Shown: positions 1 through 9,301 of the stretch, piece by piece
Numbering within the stretch: position 1 is the stretch's first letter
Layout: each line of letters starts with the position of its first letter
NCBI GenBank assembly: GCA_021815445.1
Contig: JAKAGM010000001.1
Span: 154,910 to 218,909 of the forward strand
Source: a bacterium
GTDB lineage: Bacteria; Patescibacteriota; Patescibacteriia; UBA10025
Direction: 5' to 3'
DNA length: 64,000 nucleotides
Notes under the pieces: model-generated
Told to the model about the DNA's origin: nothing
The model's input: the letters and a program-made list of their open reading frames with translations, nothing else
Database searches by the model: none
Made by a program: the position numbers and the translations under genes

Positions 1-898
1 TCAGTACAGCATCCGCAGCCTCCCTGAGCGCGCTGGGGTCGATAGCAAGACCGATATATCTTACTTTTTGATCCAGAGTAAGAGCATCTGCCTCATCGCC
101 GACCTTCGCGGAGAACTTTTCTTCCTGTACCTCTCGGCCGATTAAGGCATTGAGCGAGCCGACAAAAGTAATATGCTGTTCATCGGCTACTTCTTTCAGC
201 TTTTTGAGCGCGTCCTGCGCCATCTGGTCTGAAAGCTGTTTGCGTATAGCCTGCAGATCGTTTTCGGTAATAAGCTTAGCGTCGCGCGTTCCGCCCGTCA
301 TCGGCGAAGCGCTCTCTGCATAGATTGAATCTTGGAGACCAGCCCACAATCCCGGAATTGTGAAATGGCTGGCGGCTATGTTGCCCGCCGGTCCGGGTTT
401 ATCTGCATATACTGTCACGCCTTCTACTTTTCCGCCCGGGGGGACGTCGACTCGCTTCTCGATGTGGAAGAGTACGCCGGTTGACGAAAGGAGCCGCGTC
501 GTGGCCTGCAGGGGTTGGACCTGAGACCATTTATTGTAGATAGTCACTGTTCCGCGGGCGATATCGTCGACCTTGCCGCTCGGGGTAATATTCGTGTACG
601 TGAGGCTGCCATCGAGCGTCGTGTTAAGCAGGGTGCCGACTATGACAGGGATATCTGCGGGGGTTTGAGGAAGTTCTTTCTCGATACGCACGGTAAAAAC
701 TGCGGTCTGTTCCACCGGCGACGGCGTGATGGTAATCGTCGTCTTGGCAAAAGAGAAATACAGGATGAAGCCCACGAGAAGGGCGGAAATGAAGGAGAAC
801 GCCGCCACGACCTTTTGATACGATTTTGTCGTGCGTGCCGTGCTCAATTTCCTGGCTTGATGGTTTCGCTGCTCATGCGCAGGACGAGTTTTTTGCAT
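1..898 (-). CDS. hypothetical membrane-anchored protein, 3'-partial (at least 299 codons), absent from supplied ORF track
   Basis: Translated by hand on the minus strand from ATG at 898-896 (MQKTRPAHEQRNHQARKL...). One N-terminal hydrophobic helix (AAFSFISALLVGFILYF). The frame stays open to the window edge, so the gene continues past position 1. It lies immediately downstream of dnaE on the same strand. Confidence 0.4.
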   Translation of the reverse strand, partial: MQKTRPAHEQRNHQARKLSTARTTKSYQKVVAAFSFISALLVGFILYFSFAKTTITITPSPVEQTAVFTVRIEKELPQTPADIPVIVGTLLNTTLDGSLTYTNITPSGKVDDIARGTVTIYNKWSQVQPLQATTRLLSSTGVLFHIEKRVDVPPGGKVEGVTVYADKPGPAGNIAASHFTIPGLWAGLQDSIYAESASPMTGGTRDAKLITENDLQAIRKQLSDQMAQDALKKLKEVADEQHITFVGSLNALIGREVQEEKFSAKVGDEADALTLDQKVRYIGLAIDPSALREAADAVL

Positions 899-909
899 AA
901 AATATACCG

Positions 910-3900
910 CTATGATTCCTTATTGATGACTTCCGCAATGGCCTTGTGGAATTCGCTTGATGGGCTTATTGAGTATTTTGTCGCGACTACTTTTGTCGTG
1001 TTTCCGGAAAGTATCTTGAGGTGCACGCGCTGGTCACCGGGAAAACGAGCAAAGACCGTCTTTAACTGGTCGATATCCTGTGGACGGGGGGGAGCATTCA
1101 GGGATAGGTAAAAAGCTTGCTGCACCTCGTGAGGCGGAACTCCCGGCAGGTTCGAGGATTGGGAAGCCTTTGCCGGAGTGAATGCACGTGCACTGGAGAC
1201 CAGTATTTTCATCATACCATCTTTATCCGAAATCTTTCCATCAACCACCAGTATAGTGTCCTCCTGCCAGACGGTAGGGTTTTCTTTCAGGACCGAGGGA
1301 AAGACTATTGCCTCGGTCCTTCCAGAGAGGTCCTCGATCCGGGCAAAAAGCATCGGTTCTGAGTTTCTCGTCATCACGCGCTGGATTTGCGTTACAATGC
1401 CGCCGACACGGACAGATCGGTTGCGGTAATCTCCCAATGCCGCGATTCGAACCGTCACAGCTTCGAGCTCTTCCCGGTGTTCCGCCAAGGGGTGATCAGA
1501 GATATAGAGGCCGAGCAATTCTTTTTCCCATGCCAGAGTCTGTTTCTTGGTGGCAGGGGTTGTCGGTCTCAGCCTGAGGATGGGGGAATGATCGACGGGA
1601 AGCATACCAAACAAATTTGTCTGTCCGCTGGCGCCCTCGCGTTCTGACGCTTTTGCCATCGAGAGGATGAGGTCCATGCTGCTCAGCATCTGATTCCGCT
1701 CGCCGAAAGCGTCGAGTGAGCCGGACTTAATGAGACTCTCGAGTGATTTTTTGTTCAAATCCTTTGTTTTGACGCGGGTCAAGAAGTCTTCTAGTGAACG
1801 GTACTGACCGTGCTCTTTTCTCTCGCGGACTATTGCTTTAACGACGTGCTCTCCGACATTTTTGACCGCCTGAAGCCCGAAGCGGATTTTCCTTTGGGGG
1901 AGGCGAGTCTCGGTATTATATACGGCGGTAAATGTCGTGTAGCTTTCATTCACATCGGGCGGGAGTACGACGATATTCATCCGTTTGCATTCTTCCACTT
2001 CGATAGCGATGCGGTCGATGTCACCTTGGTCCGATGTCATAAGGGAAGCCATGAATTCCTCGGGGTAATTCGCCTTGAGATACGCCGTTTGATATGCAAT
2101 CAACGCGTAACAAGCGGCGTGAGCACGGTTAAAGCCGTACCGGGCAAAAGGTTCGGTAAACTGCCAGATTTTTTCAGCTGTGGATCGGGGAATCTTATTG
2201 CCGACCATTCCTTCGATCATTTTATCACGCTGTTCTATGAGCAGTTTGCGGATTTTTTTCCCTACTGCTTTTCGCAGGACATCCGCCTCGGCAAGCGTAA
2301 ACCCCGCAAGATCACGCGCAATCTGCATTACCTGTTCTTGGTAAACGGCGATGCCGTAAGTTTTTTCGAGGATAGGCTTCAGCTTCGGATGAAGGTAGAC
2401 AATCCGCTTGAGTCCCTGCTTTCCGGCGATATATTGGGGGATAAGCTCCATCGGGCCTGGGCGGAATAGCGCGACCATGGCGATGATGTCCTCGAGTTCA
2501 GTCGGTTTCAGTTGGATCAAGTAGCGCTGCATGCCGCGGCTTTCAAGCTGGAAGACACCGATTGATTTGCCCTCCTGCAAAAGTTTGAAGGCGCCAGGAT
2601 CATTCAGCGGGAGCGTGTCGAGATTGAGAGAGGTTCCTCGAGCCTTCTTAATGATGTCGAGGGTATTTTCCAGGATAGTGAGATTTTTAAGTCCAAGGAA
2701 GTCCATCTTTAAGAGTCCGAGGTCTTCTATCGCATGCAAGGAGTACTGGGTGACGATGATCTTATCATCCTGAGCGGCGTACTGGAGGGGAACATATTCA
2801 TTGAGCGGCTTCTTGGTAATAACCACCCCGCATGCATGTGTTGAAGAGTGCCTCGCAACACCTTCCAGTCGCCTGGCTGAGTCAAGAAGTTTCGCACCGT
2901 CGGGGTCGTTCTCGTGTATCTCCTGCAGCTCAGGCACAGAGGCAATCGCGTGGTCAAGATCGGTGAACATCGGGATGAGTTTGGCGACCCGATCGCAGTA
3001 CACATATGGCAGTCCCATGACTCTGCCGACGTCACGCACTGCGGCCCGAGCGGCCATGGTTCCGAAGGTGATTATTTGCGCGACGTGCTCCTTGCCGTAT
3101 TTTTCTTCCACGTACCGGATGACTTCATCACGGCGGGTATCAGCAAAATCCAAGTCAATATCGGGCATAGATACGCGCTCGGGATTCAAGAATCTCTCAA
3201 ACATGAGATCGTATGTTATAGGATCAATGTTGGTGATATTCAACAGATACGCGACGATGCTCCCTGCGGCGGATCCGCGCCCGGGGCCGACGACTATAGA
3301 GTGCGTCTTTGCCCAGTTGACGAAATCATGGACGATGAGGAAATAATCCGTAAATCCCGTACGCTCGATGACGCCCAGCTCATATTCCATCCGCCGCTGA
3401 ATCCGCTCGTTATGATCCATGCCTGGGTATCTGTATGAGAGACCCTTGTCGCAGAGCTCGCGCAGATAGCCCGAGGCCGTCTTGCCTTCGGGTAACGTGA
3501 AATGGGGCAGGACGACGCTACCGAGCTGGATGTTCACATCGCAGGCCTCTGCAATCTTTATCGTGTTTGCCAGGGCTTCAGGGGTTTCAGGGAATGCAAC
3601 TGCCATCTCCTCAGCGCTTTTGAGTGAAAAGTTTTCCCCTACATAACTCATGCGGTCGGTGTCCGTCAACTGGCGCTTCGTCTGGATGCAGAGAAGGATA
3701 TCCTGGGCTTCGGCGTCTTCATTCGTCAAATAGTGGACGTCATTCGTTGCAACGAGAGGTACGCCCGTCTCTTTTGACAATGCAATGAGTCCCTCGTTGA
3801 CTATGCGCTGGTTTGGTATTGTCGGGTGAGATTGGAGCTCAAGGTAGAAGCTGTCTTTGCCGAAAATATTTTGATAATGTGCGATTGCCTTGTGAGCCCC

Positions 3901-4359
3901 ATCATAATCTTTTGACAAGATGAGCTGCGGAATGTGGCCCTGCAGGCACGCTGTCAGAGCGATTAATCCTTCATGATACTTCTCGAGCATCTCAAGGTCT
4001 ATGCGAGGTTTATAATAAAAACCCTCGAGGTGGGCTATCGTGGTGAGCTTTAGTAGATTTTGATACCCGATGTTGTTTCGCGCGAGCAACACCATGTGGT
4101 AGGGTCGGTCGTCGACGCGCGGACGTTTATTGAGTCTCCCGTTGCGGGCAATATACGCTTCCACGCCGATAATGGGCTTGATCCCTGCCTTTACCGCTTC
4201 CTGGTAAAATTCGATAGCGCCATAAAGCACTCCATGGTCAGTGAGCGCCACTGCCGACATACCGTTTTTCTTTGCACGTTCTACAAGCTCGGGGATTTTT
4301 GGCAAACCGTCAAGCAGGCTATAATGTGAATGGATGTGGAGATGAACAAAGTCAGACAT
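910..4359 (-). CDS. dnaE: DNA polymerase III alpha subunit
   Basis: 1149 aa. N-terminal PHP domain (HLHIHSHYSLLDG...ALTDHG), polymerase core and OB-fold tail. Strong family resemblance. Confidence 0.95.
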   Translation of the reverse strand: MSDFVHLHIHSHYSLLDGLPKIPELVERAKKNGMSAVALTDHGVLYGAIEFYQEAVKAGIKPIIGVEAYIARNGRLNKRPRVDDRPYHMVLLARNNIGYQNLLKLTTIAHLEGFYYKPRIDLEMLEKYHEGLIALTACLQGHIPQLILSKDYDGAHKAIAHYQNIFGKDSFYLELQSHPTIPNQRIVNEGLIALSKETGVPLVATNDVHYLTNEDAEAQDILLCIQTKRQLTDTDRMSYVGENFSLKSAEEMAVAFPETPEALANTIKIAEACDVNIQLGSVVLPHFTLPEGKTASGYLRELCDKGLSYRYPGMDHNERIQRRMEYELGVIERTGFTDYFLIVHDFVNWAKTHSIVVGPGRGSAAGSIVAYLLNITNIDPITYDLMFERFLNPERVSMPDIDLDFADTRRDEVIRYVEEKYGKEHVAQIITFGTMAARAAVRDVGRVMGLPYVYCDRVAKLIPMFTDLDHAIASVPELQEIHENDPDGAKLLDSARRLEGVARHSSTHACGVVITKKPLNEYVPLQYAAQDDKIIVTQYSLHAIEDLGLLKMDFLGLKNLTILENTLDIIKKARGTSLNLDTLPLNDPGAFKLLQEGKSIGVFQLESRGMQRYLIQLKPTELEDIIAMVALFRPGPMELIPQYIAGKQGLKRIVYLHPKLKPILEKTYGIAVYQEQVMQIARDLAGFTLAEADVLRKAVGKKIRKLLIEQRDKMIEGMVGNKIPRSTAEKIWQFTEPFARYGFNRAHAACYALIAYQTAYLKANYPEEFMASLMTSDQGDIDRIAIEVEECKRMNIVVLPPDVNESYTTFTAVYNTETRLPQRKIRFGLQAVKNVGEHVVKAIVRERKEHGQYRSLEDFLTRVKTKDLNKKSLESLIKSGSLDAFGERNQMLSSMDLILSMAKASEREGASGQTNLFGMLPVDHSPILRLRPTTPATKKQTLAWEKELLGLYISDHPLAEHREELEAVTVRIAALGDYRNRSVRVGGIVTQIQRVMTRNSEPMLFARIEDLSGRTEAIVFPSVLKENPTVWQEDTILVVDGKISDKDGMMKILVSSARAFTPAKASQSSNLPGVPPHEVQQAFYLSLNAPPRPQDIDQLKTVFARFPGDQRVHLKILSGNTTKVVATKYSISPSSEFHKAIAEVINKES

Positions 4360-4411
4360 AAAAGCCTCGCACTGGTTGTGTCAGGTTCGTTTCACGGTAT
4401 GAACGAAACGC

Positions 4412-4753
4412 TTATGAGCTTTTTGCCTTTTTAGACTGTTTCCGCTTCTTGAAGTGCTCAACGAGCTCGGTAACTCCTTTCACGACAAGGGGAAGGTAGG
4501 ATACTGAGGAGTTTATTTTTTCTTGAATGGTGTTAATGACCTCCTCGATCTGGCGGACGCGGTCGCGAACGGTTATGACGAGCGTTTCAACCTCTTTGGC
4601 AACCTCATGGGCCTTTTTAAGCATCATCGTGACGTAGTAGAGCGACCAAGCCAAAAAAAAGGTAAGCACGGCCACTGCTACCGCGAGAGTGAAAAAAAGT
4701 ATGTCTTTTGTCGTTGTAAACATGGGGGGTGTTTGGCAATCAGAGTGTACCAT
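4412..4753 (-). CDS. small membrane protein, DUF948-like (N-terminal TM helix plus coiled coil)
   Basis: 113 aa with one TM helix (ILFFTLAVAVAVLTFFLAWSLYYV) followed by a charged coiled-coil segment. True start may be the internal Met (MFTTTKD). Confidence 0.4.
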   Translation of the reverse strand: MVHSDCQTPPMFTTTKDILFFTLAVAVAVLTFFLAWSLYYVTMMLKKAHEVAKEVETLVITVRDRVRQIEEVINTIQEKINSSVSYLPLVVKGVTELVEHFKKRKQSKKAKSS

Positions 4754-4908
4754 AATTCTTAATCGGCTACAACACCCCTATCGTATTGAACGGGGGGTAC
4801 GCTTCTCAATACGCGAGGGGCGTGGTATACTTTTTGTGTATAAAGCATATCAGACGGGCTATGGAATTACGATCGCGAGGAGACGCGTGGTTGCGAATAA
4901 ATTATTGG

Positions 4909-5700
4909 ATGCTCTCAAATATTTCACTCCTGAAAAAATGGTGGGTGGTTGTCTTGTTGGGGCTGACGATCTTTATGATTGTATTTGCTCTTACTAACAT
5001 TCTTTTGTATGTGATAGCCTCGCCTCGTGAAGAGACATTGATACGTTCATTTCCGCAGACCATGTTGGGATTCACGGCCATGCGAAATACCATTACGCCA
5101 GCCCCATTGAATGTCGGTAAACCCATTCTCATCCCGGCGGCTGGATCCACGAGTGACATTGTCGCTAAAGTGACCAATCCGAACAAACAATGGCTTGCTG
5201 AGCGCGTCACCTACAGTTTTTCGGTAGATGGCCAGGAAACAAAAGAGGGGCAGGCGCTGGTCCCTGCTGGAAAAGAAACATACCTTGCCGTTTATGCCGA
5301 GCAGTTTCCGGCGGCAATGGGAACACGGCAAATAACGGTGACAATAAAAAATGTTCAGTGGGGCAGGATGTCAAAGAACAGCGTACCGCTTGAAGAGGTG
5401 ATTAAAGTGGATACTCCCCGTTACGCTATCGTGCAGGAAACCCAGCCGAATCGTACCGTGGGTACTGTGACGGCAGAAGTGACTAATAATTCGTTCCAAG
5501 GGTATTGGCAGGTAAAGTTTACGGTGACACTTTTTCGATCGGGGTCGCTTGTCGGTGTGAATACACTTTATATCGACAAGTTCCTTGCACATTCAAAGCG
5601 TGTCATCTCGGTCCAGTGGACTCCGGGACCCGGCAATGTCGACACTGTCGTTGTCACCCCCGAGCTGGATCTGCTCAACGCGAATGCTGTCATGCCCTGA
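4909..5700 (+). CDS. hypothetical secreted/membrane-anchored protein
   Basis: Start chosen at MLSNISLLKKWWVVVLLGLTIFMIVF, giving an N-terminal signal anchor. The rest is beta-rich and soluble-looking. The track ORF begins earlier at 4786 without supporting signals. Confidence 0.45.
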   Translation: MLSNISLLKKWWVVVLLGLTIFMIVFALTNILLYVIASPREETLIRSFPQTMLGFTAMRNTITPAPLNVGKPILIPAAGSTSDIVAKVTNPNKQWLAERVTYSFSVDGQETKEGQALVPAGKETYLAVYAEQFPAAMGTRQITVTIKNVQWGRMSKNSVPLEEVIKVDTPRYAIVQETQPNRTVGTVTAEVTNNSFQGYWQVKFTVTLFRSGSLVGVNTLYIDKFLAHSKRVISVQWTPGPGNVDTVVVTPELDLLNANAVMP

Positions 5701-5721
5701 TGAGCATTTTACATTGACTTC

Positions 5722-6834
5722 ATGTTTCGCGCCCTCTTTCTTTTTTTCAGGCAGCTCAATTGGCTGCTCATCGCTCCGGCCCTCCTCCTCGTGATCTATG
5801 GTTTAATTGTGTCTTTCAGTCTCGGCGCCGTAAAATTGCCGGTTGATTTTTCGTTATTTTGGAAGCAGGTAATTTTTTCAATTGTAGGCGTCCTCCTCCT
5901 ATTTCTCTTCAGTGTTATAGATTATCGATACTACAGATCGTGGGGTTCGGCGATTTATATATTTGCTGTCGCCGTATCTATCGGCGTCCTGCTTTTCGGT
6001 ACGACGATCCGGGCAACAAAAGGTTGGTTCGTTATTTTTGGGATGACTATACAGGTTGTGGAGTTCGTAAAGGTTATGTTTATTATCGCCCTGAGCGCAT
6101 ATTTCTCCCGGTTAAAATCTTCACTTGTGCGTTTTCGAGATCTATTCATTAGCGCACTGGGCATCGGTGCGCTTGTTTTTCTTACGTTTCTGCAAAGGGA
6201 TATGGGATCGGGCCTGCTCTTATTGTGTATTTATTTGGGCATGTTGTTTCTAGTCAGGACGCGAAAATCCCACATGATTTTGCTTGCAGCCGTCCTTATA
6301 GCCGCGAGCATCTTTAGCTGGTTTTTTATACTCCAGCCTTTTCAAAAAGAACGTATCCTCACTTTCCTGCATCCGTCACGGGACCCGCTGGGCATCGGAT
6401 ACAACGTTAAACAATCTACTATTGCTATCGGGTCGGGCCAATGGTTCGGGCGCGGCCTTACCCTCGGCTCTCAGAGCAGGCTCGATTTTCTCCCGGAGCG
6501 GCAAAATGATTTTATCTTTGCCGTTATCGGAGAAGCCCTCGGATTTGCGGGTATCCTTGTCCTTTTTTCGCTTTTTATTGCCCTGTACTACCAGATGCTG
6601 AGAATCGCTAGGCGCTCACGGGATGATTTTGGCATCCTGCTAGCCGGCGGAATCGCCATAGCTCTTATGTTGCAAACTGCTGTAAATATCAGCACCAACA
6701 TAGGTCTCCTGCCGATTGCGGGGCTCCCGCTTCCGTTTCTCAGCGCGGGCGGAAGCTCGCTGATGGTCAGTTTTCTGTCTGTCGGCATCGTGGCAAGCAT
6801 AGACCTTCGACAGCGTGTAGGGATGGCGAAATAA
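5722..6834 (+). CDS. SEDS family peptidoglycan glycosyltransferase (FtsW/RodA/SpoVE)
   Basis: 370 aa, polytopic. Conserved SEDS block GSQSRLDFLPERQNDFIFAVIGEALGFAG near the C-terminus. Confidence 0.85.
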   Translation: MFRALFLFFRQLNWLLIAPALLLVIYGLIVSFSLGAVKLPVDFSLFWKQVIFSIVGVLLLFLFSVIDYRYYRSWGSAIYIFAVAVSIGVLLFGTTIRATKGWFVIFGMTIQVVEFVKVMFIIALSAYFSRLKSSLVRFRDLFISALGIGALVFLTFLQRDMGSGLLLLCIYLGMLFLVRTRKSHMILLAAVLIAASIFSWFFILQPFQKERILTFLHPSRDPLGIGYNVKQSTIAIGSGQWFGRGLTLGSQSRLDFLPERQNDFIFAVIGEALGFAGILVLFSLFIALYYQMLRIARRSRDDFGILLAGGIAIALMLQTAVNISTNIGLLPIAGLPLPFLSAGGSSLMVSFLSVGIVASIDLRQRVGMAK

Positions 6835-6945
6835 CCAGTTGAGGTTGGCGCAATGTTTACGCCGGCCCGCCCCCCATTCCGGCCCTGCTTTTAAAAACGC
6901 AGCGTTACAGGGTAATTCCTCCCGCGATATCGGCGGTTGAAACGC

Positions 6946-6980
6946 CGAGGGTTGACTTTCAGGCGAAGTATGATATACTA
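6946..6980 (+). promoter_or_regulatory. sigma70-like promoter (TTGACT -16 nt- TGaTATACT extended -10) upstream of the zinc-ribbon ORF and rplY
   Basis: ttgactttcaggcgaagtatgatatact, read directly from the sequence. Confidence 0.45.
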
Positions 6981-7043
6981 TATATGCTCTGGACACATAG
7001 CGTGTGAGATGATTCAACCCGTTTATAGAGTACTCTTACATAT

Positions 7044-7370
7044 ATGGACAATTCTGCTCGAATGTTCCGTCCTGAGGGCTTAAGGCTTGTATCATACTGC
7101 CCGCTTTGCCATCTGCATTACAACGTCGGGGACGCCAAGATACTCGAAGAGCATGAAGATACGCACCTCATGCATGTGGTGTGCAAACGATGTTCAAGCT
7201 CTATTCTTGTCTTAATGCTCACCGGTGAGTTGGGAGTCAGCTCTGTCGGTCTTATCACCGATTTAACCAGTGATGATGTGGTGCGGTTTAAAGACCAGTC
7301 AGACATCCAGGACGATGACGTGATTGCGCTCCATGAGCAACTTCATCAGGATCTCCTCGACATTACGTAA
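7044..7370 (+). CDS. hypothetical small protein with CxxC...CxxC zinc-ribbon and acidic C-terminus
   Basis: 108 aa. CPLCH ... CKRC cysteine pairs. Sits between the promoter and rplY in the same orientation. Confidence 0.4.
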   Translation: MDNSARMFRPEGLRLVSYCPLCHLHYNVGDAKILEEHEDTHLMHVVCKRCSSSILVLMLTGELGVSSVGLITDLTSDDVVRFKDQSDIQDDDVIALHEQLHQDLLDIT

Positions 7371-7462
7371 AGTCGGGTAAGTGTGCGGATCCGTGGGGGG
7401 ATTCAGAGTCAGTTAGAGAAAGTGGGATCGTTTATTTTACTTATACTGATTGAAAAAACTTC

Positions 7463-8173
7463 ATGCCATCAATTTCTATTGAAGCGACAAAACGGGAGGA
7501 AACAGGCAAGCGCGCACGATCGTTGCTGCACCGCAACATTATTCCTGCGGTTGTCTATGGCCACGATAGGACAAGCACGGCAATCGCGGTACCCTATGCC
7601 ACGTTTGAGCGGGCATACGCCCAGGCAGGGGAGAGCAGTCTCGTTGACTTGAAAATAAACGAAGATCAGCCCGTCAAAGTGCTCATCCAGTCAATACAAT
7701 CTGACCCACTCACGGGAAAGTTCCGTCATGTTGATTTTCATCAGGTAAAAATGACCGAAAAGCTCAATGCCGATGTCGCTTTGAAATTCATCGGCGAGTC
7801 TAAGGCCGTGAAGGAACTGGGCGGAGTGCTGATCAAAGCGCTGGATCATATCCCTGTTGAATGTCTGGCCAAAGATTTGATTCACGAGATTGATGTTGAT
7901 ATTTCCGTGTTACGTACGTTTGACGATGTTATCCGAGTTCGCGATTTGCGTGTCCCGACCACTGTCTCAGTCAAACACGATACTGACGATGTTGTTGCAA
8001 CTGTCCAACCCCCGCGCAGTGAAGAGGAAATAAAAGAGCTGGAAGCGAAGCCTGAGGCGGAAATCGGGGAGGTGGAAGTTGCCGAAAAAGGAAAGAAGAA
8101 GGATGAGGATGCAGAGGGTGAAACCGCTGCACCAGCGGACGAAAAAGGAAAAGTTCAAGAAGAAAAGAAATAA
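7463..8173 (+). CDS. rplY: 50S ribosomal protein L25 (general stress protein Ctc form) with Lys/Glu-rich C-terminal tail
   Basis: L25/Ctc N-terminal domain (IEATKREETGKRARSLLHRNIIPAVVYG) plus second beta-barrel domain. Charged low-complexity tail. Confidence 0.9.
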   Translation: MPSISIEATKREETGKRARSLLHRNIIPAVVYGHDRTSTAIAVPYATFERAYAQAGESSLVDLKINEDQPVKVLIQSIQSDPLTGKFRHVDFHQVKMTEKLNADVALKFIGESKAVKELGGVLIKALDHIPVECLAKDLIHEIDVDISVLRTFDDVIRVRDLRVPTTVSVKHDTDDVVATVQPPRSEEEIKELEAKPEAEIGEVEVAEKGKKKDEDAEGETAAPADEKGKVQEEKK

Positions 8174-8180
8174 ATATCCT

Positions 8181-9272
8181 ATGGGTAAAAGACCGGAAGG
8201 CGTCACAGAATACACCTGGGGGGCCCGCAAGAGCCGAAAAAAAATAATTCTTATCTCATCTGCCGCCGTAGTAGTAGTGGCAGCCGCCGTGGCGGGCTTT
8301 CTCTTTTTTAGCAAAGGAGAAAAACCGCCGACAAACTCTACCAACGCTTCGCTCGGCCCCAATATGACCGCGGGACAATACCTCCCAAGGAAAATAGACG
8401 GGGTGATGGCGATTGTTGATAAGTCTAATGTATTTCCGGTTGCAATCATGATAGAGAATCTCGTGTCTGCTCGTCCGCAGGCGGGTTTAGGGGATGCAAA
8501 TGTTGTTTATGAAGCTTTAGCGGAAGGCGGTATTACCCGCTTCATGGCAATTTTTGCTTCGGGTGCTGATATAAAAAAAATCGGGCCAGTACGGTCGGCG
8601 AGACCGTATTATCTTGACTGGGCAAAAGAATATGGCGCGCTTTATGTACATATCGGAGGAAGTCCCCAGGCAATTGCGGATATTAAAGCAAAGGGAGTCT
8701 TTGACTTGAACCAGTTTTACCATTCCCCGAATTTCTATCGAGATAGCGCCCGTCCTGCCCCGCACAATCTCTACACGACAACAAGATTGCTTGCTTTTGC
8801 GCTGCGCGACCTCAAAGCAAGCGATACGGGTTCGTATGATAGTTGGACGTTTAAGGATCCCGAGAATACAGCGTCGCTTCCTACGGATCAAAAAACTATT
8901 GAGATAGATTTTTCAAGCTTCAGCTACAAGGTTGACTACACTTTTGATCGGGAAAAAAACATATATTTAAGGAACCAGGCCGGAGCGCCGCACCTCGATG
9001 CTGATGGCAAGCAAATTACAGCGCGAAATGTGATTGTCCAATACACCAAAACAAGCCTTGCGGACAGCACTGGCAGGCTCACGATGGTCACGACAGGTGA
9101 GGGGAGGGCGCTGTTCTTCAGGGACGGATCAGTAATTCAAGGCAGTTGGAAAAAAGATCAGAGCGGCTCGAGGACCCGGTATGTGGATGCATCAGGCAAC
9201 GATATACAGCTTAATCGGGGAACAACGTGGGTAGAGATTGTCCCTGATGACCGTCAGGTCGTGTATAAGTAG
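8181..9272 (+). CDS. DUF3048 (YerB-like) domain protein, membrane-anchored, paralog 1
   Basis: ATG at 8181 lies 8 nt after the rplY stop. N-terminal TM helix. Conserved core MIENLVSARPQAGLGDANVVYEALAEGGITRFMAIF typical of DUF3048. Confidence 0.6.
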   Translation: MGKRPEGVTEYTWGARKSRKKIILISSAAVVVVAAAVAGFLFFSKGEKPPTNSTNASLGPNMTAGQYLPRKIDGVMAIVDKSNVFPVAIMIENLVSARPQAGLGDANVVYEALAEGGITRFMAIFASGADIKKIGPVRSARPYYLDWAKEYGALYVHIGGSPQAIADIKAKGVFDLNQFYHSPNFYRDSARPAPHNLYTTTRLLAFALRDLKASDTGSYDSWTFKDPENTASLPTDQKTIEIDFSSFSYKVDYTFDREKNIYLRNQAGAPHLDADGKQITARNVIVQYTKTSLADSTGRLTMVTTGEGRALFFRDGSVIQGSWKKDQSGSRTRYVDASGNDIQLNRGTTWVEIVPDDRQVVYK

Positions 9273-9301
9273 GCCAAGAAAAATAAAAACAAAAGACAGC
9301 C

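Noticed and set aside
515-1111. 198-aa plus-strand ORF
   Set aside because: It lies antisense to and fully inside the minus-strand hypothetical gene and the dnaE 3' end. It is a basic, Arg-rich frame artefact.
1117-4329. Numerous 60-220 aa plus-strand ORFs (for example 1810-2469, 2801-3346, 2914-3438)
   Set aside because: All are antisense within dnaE. They have no independent signals and antisense-typical composition.
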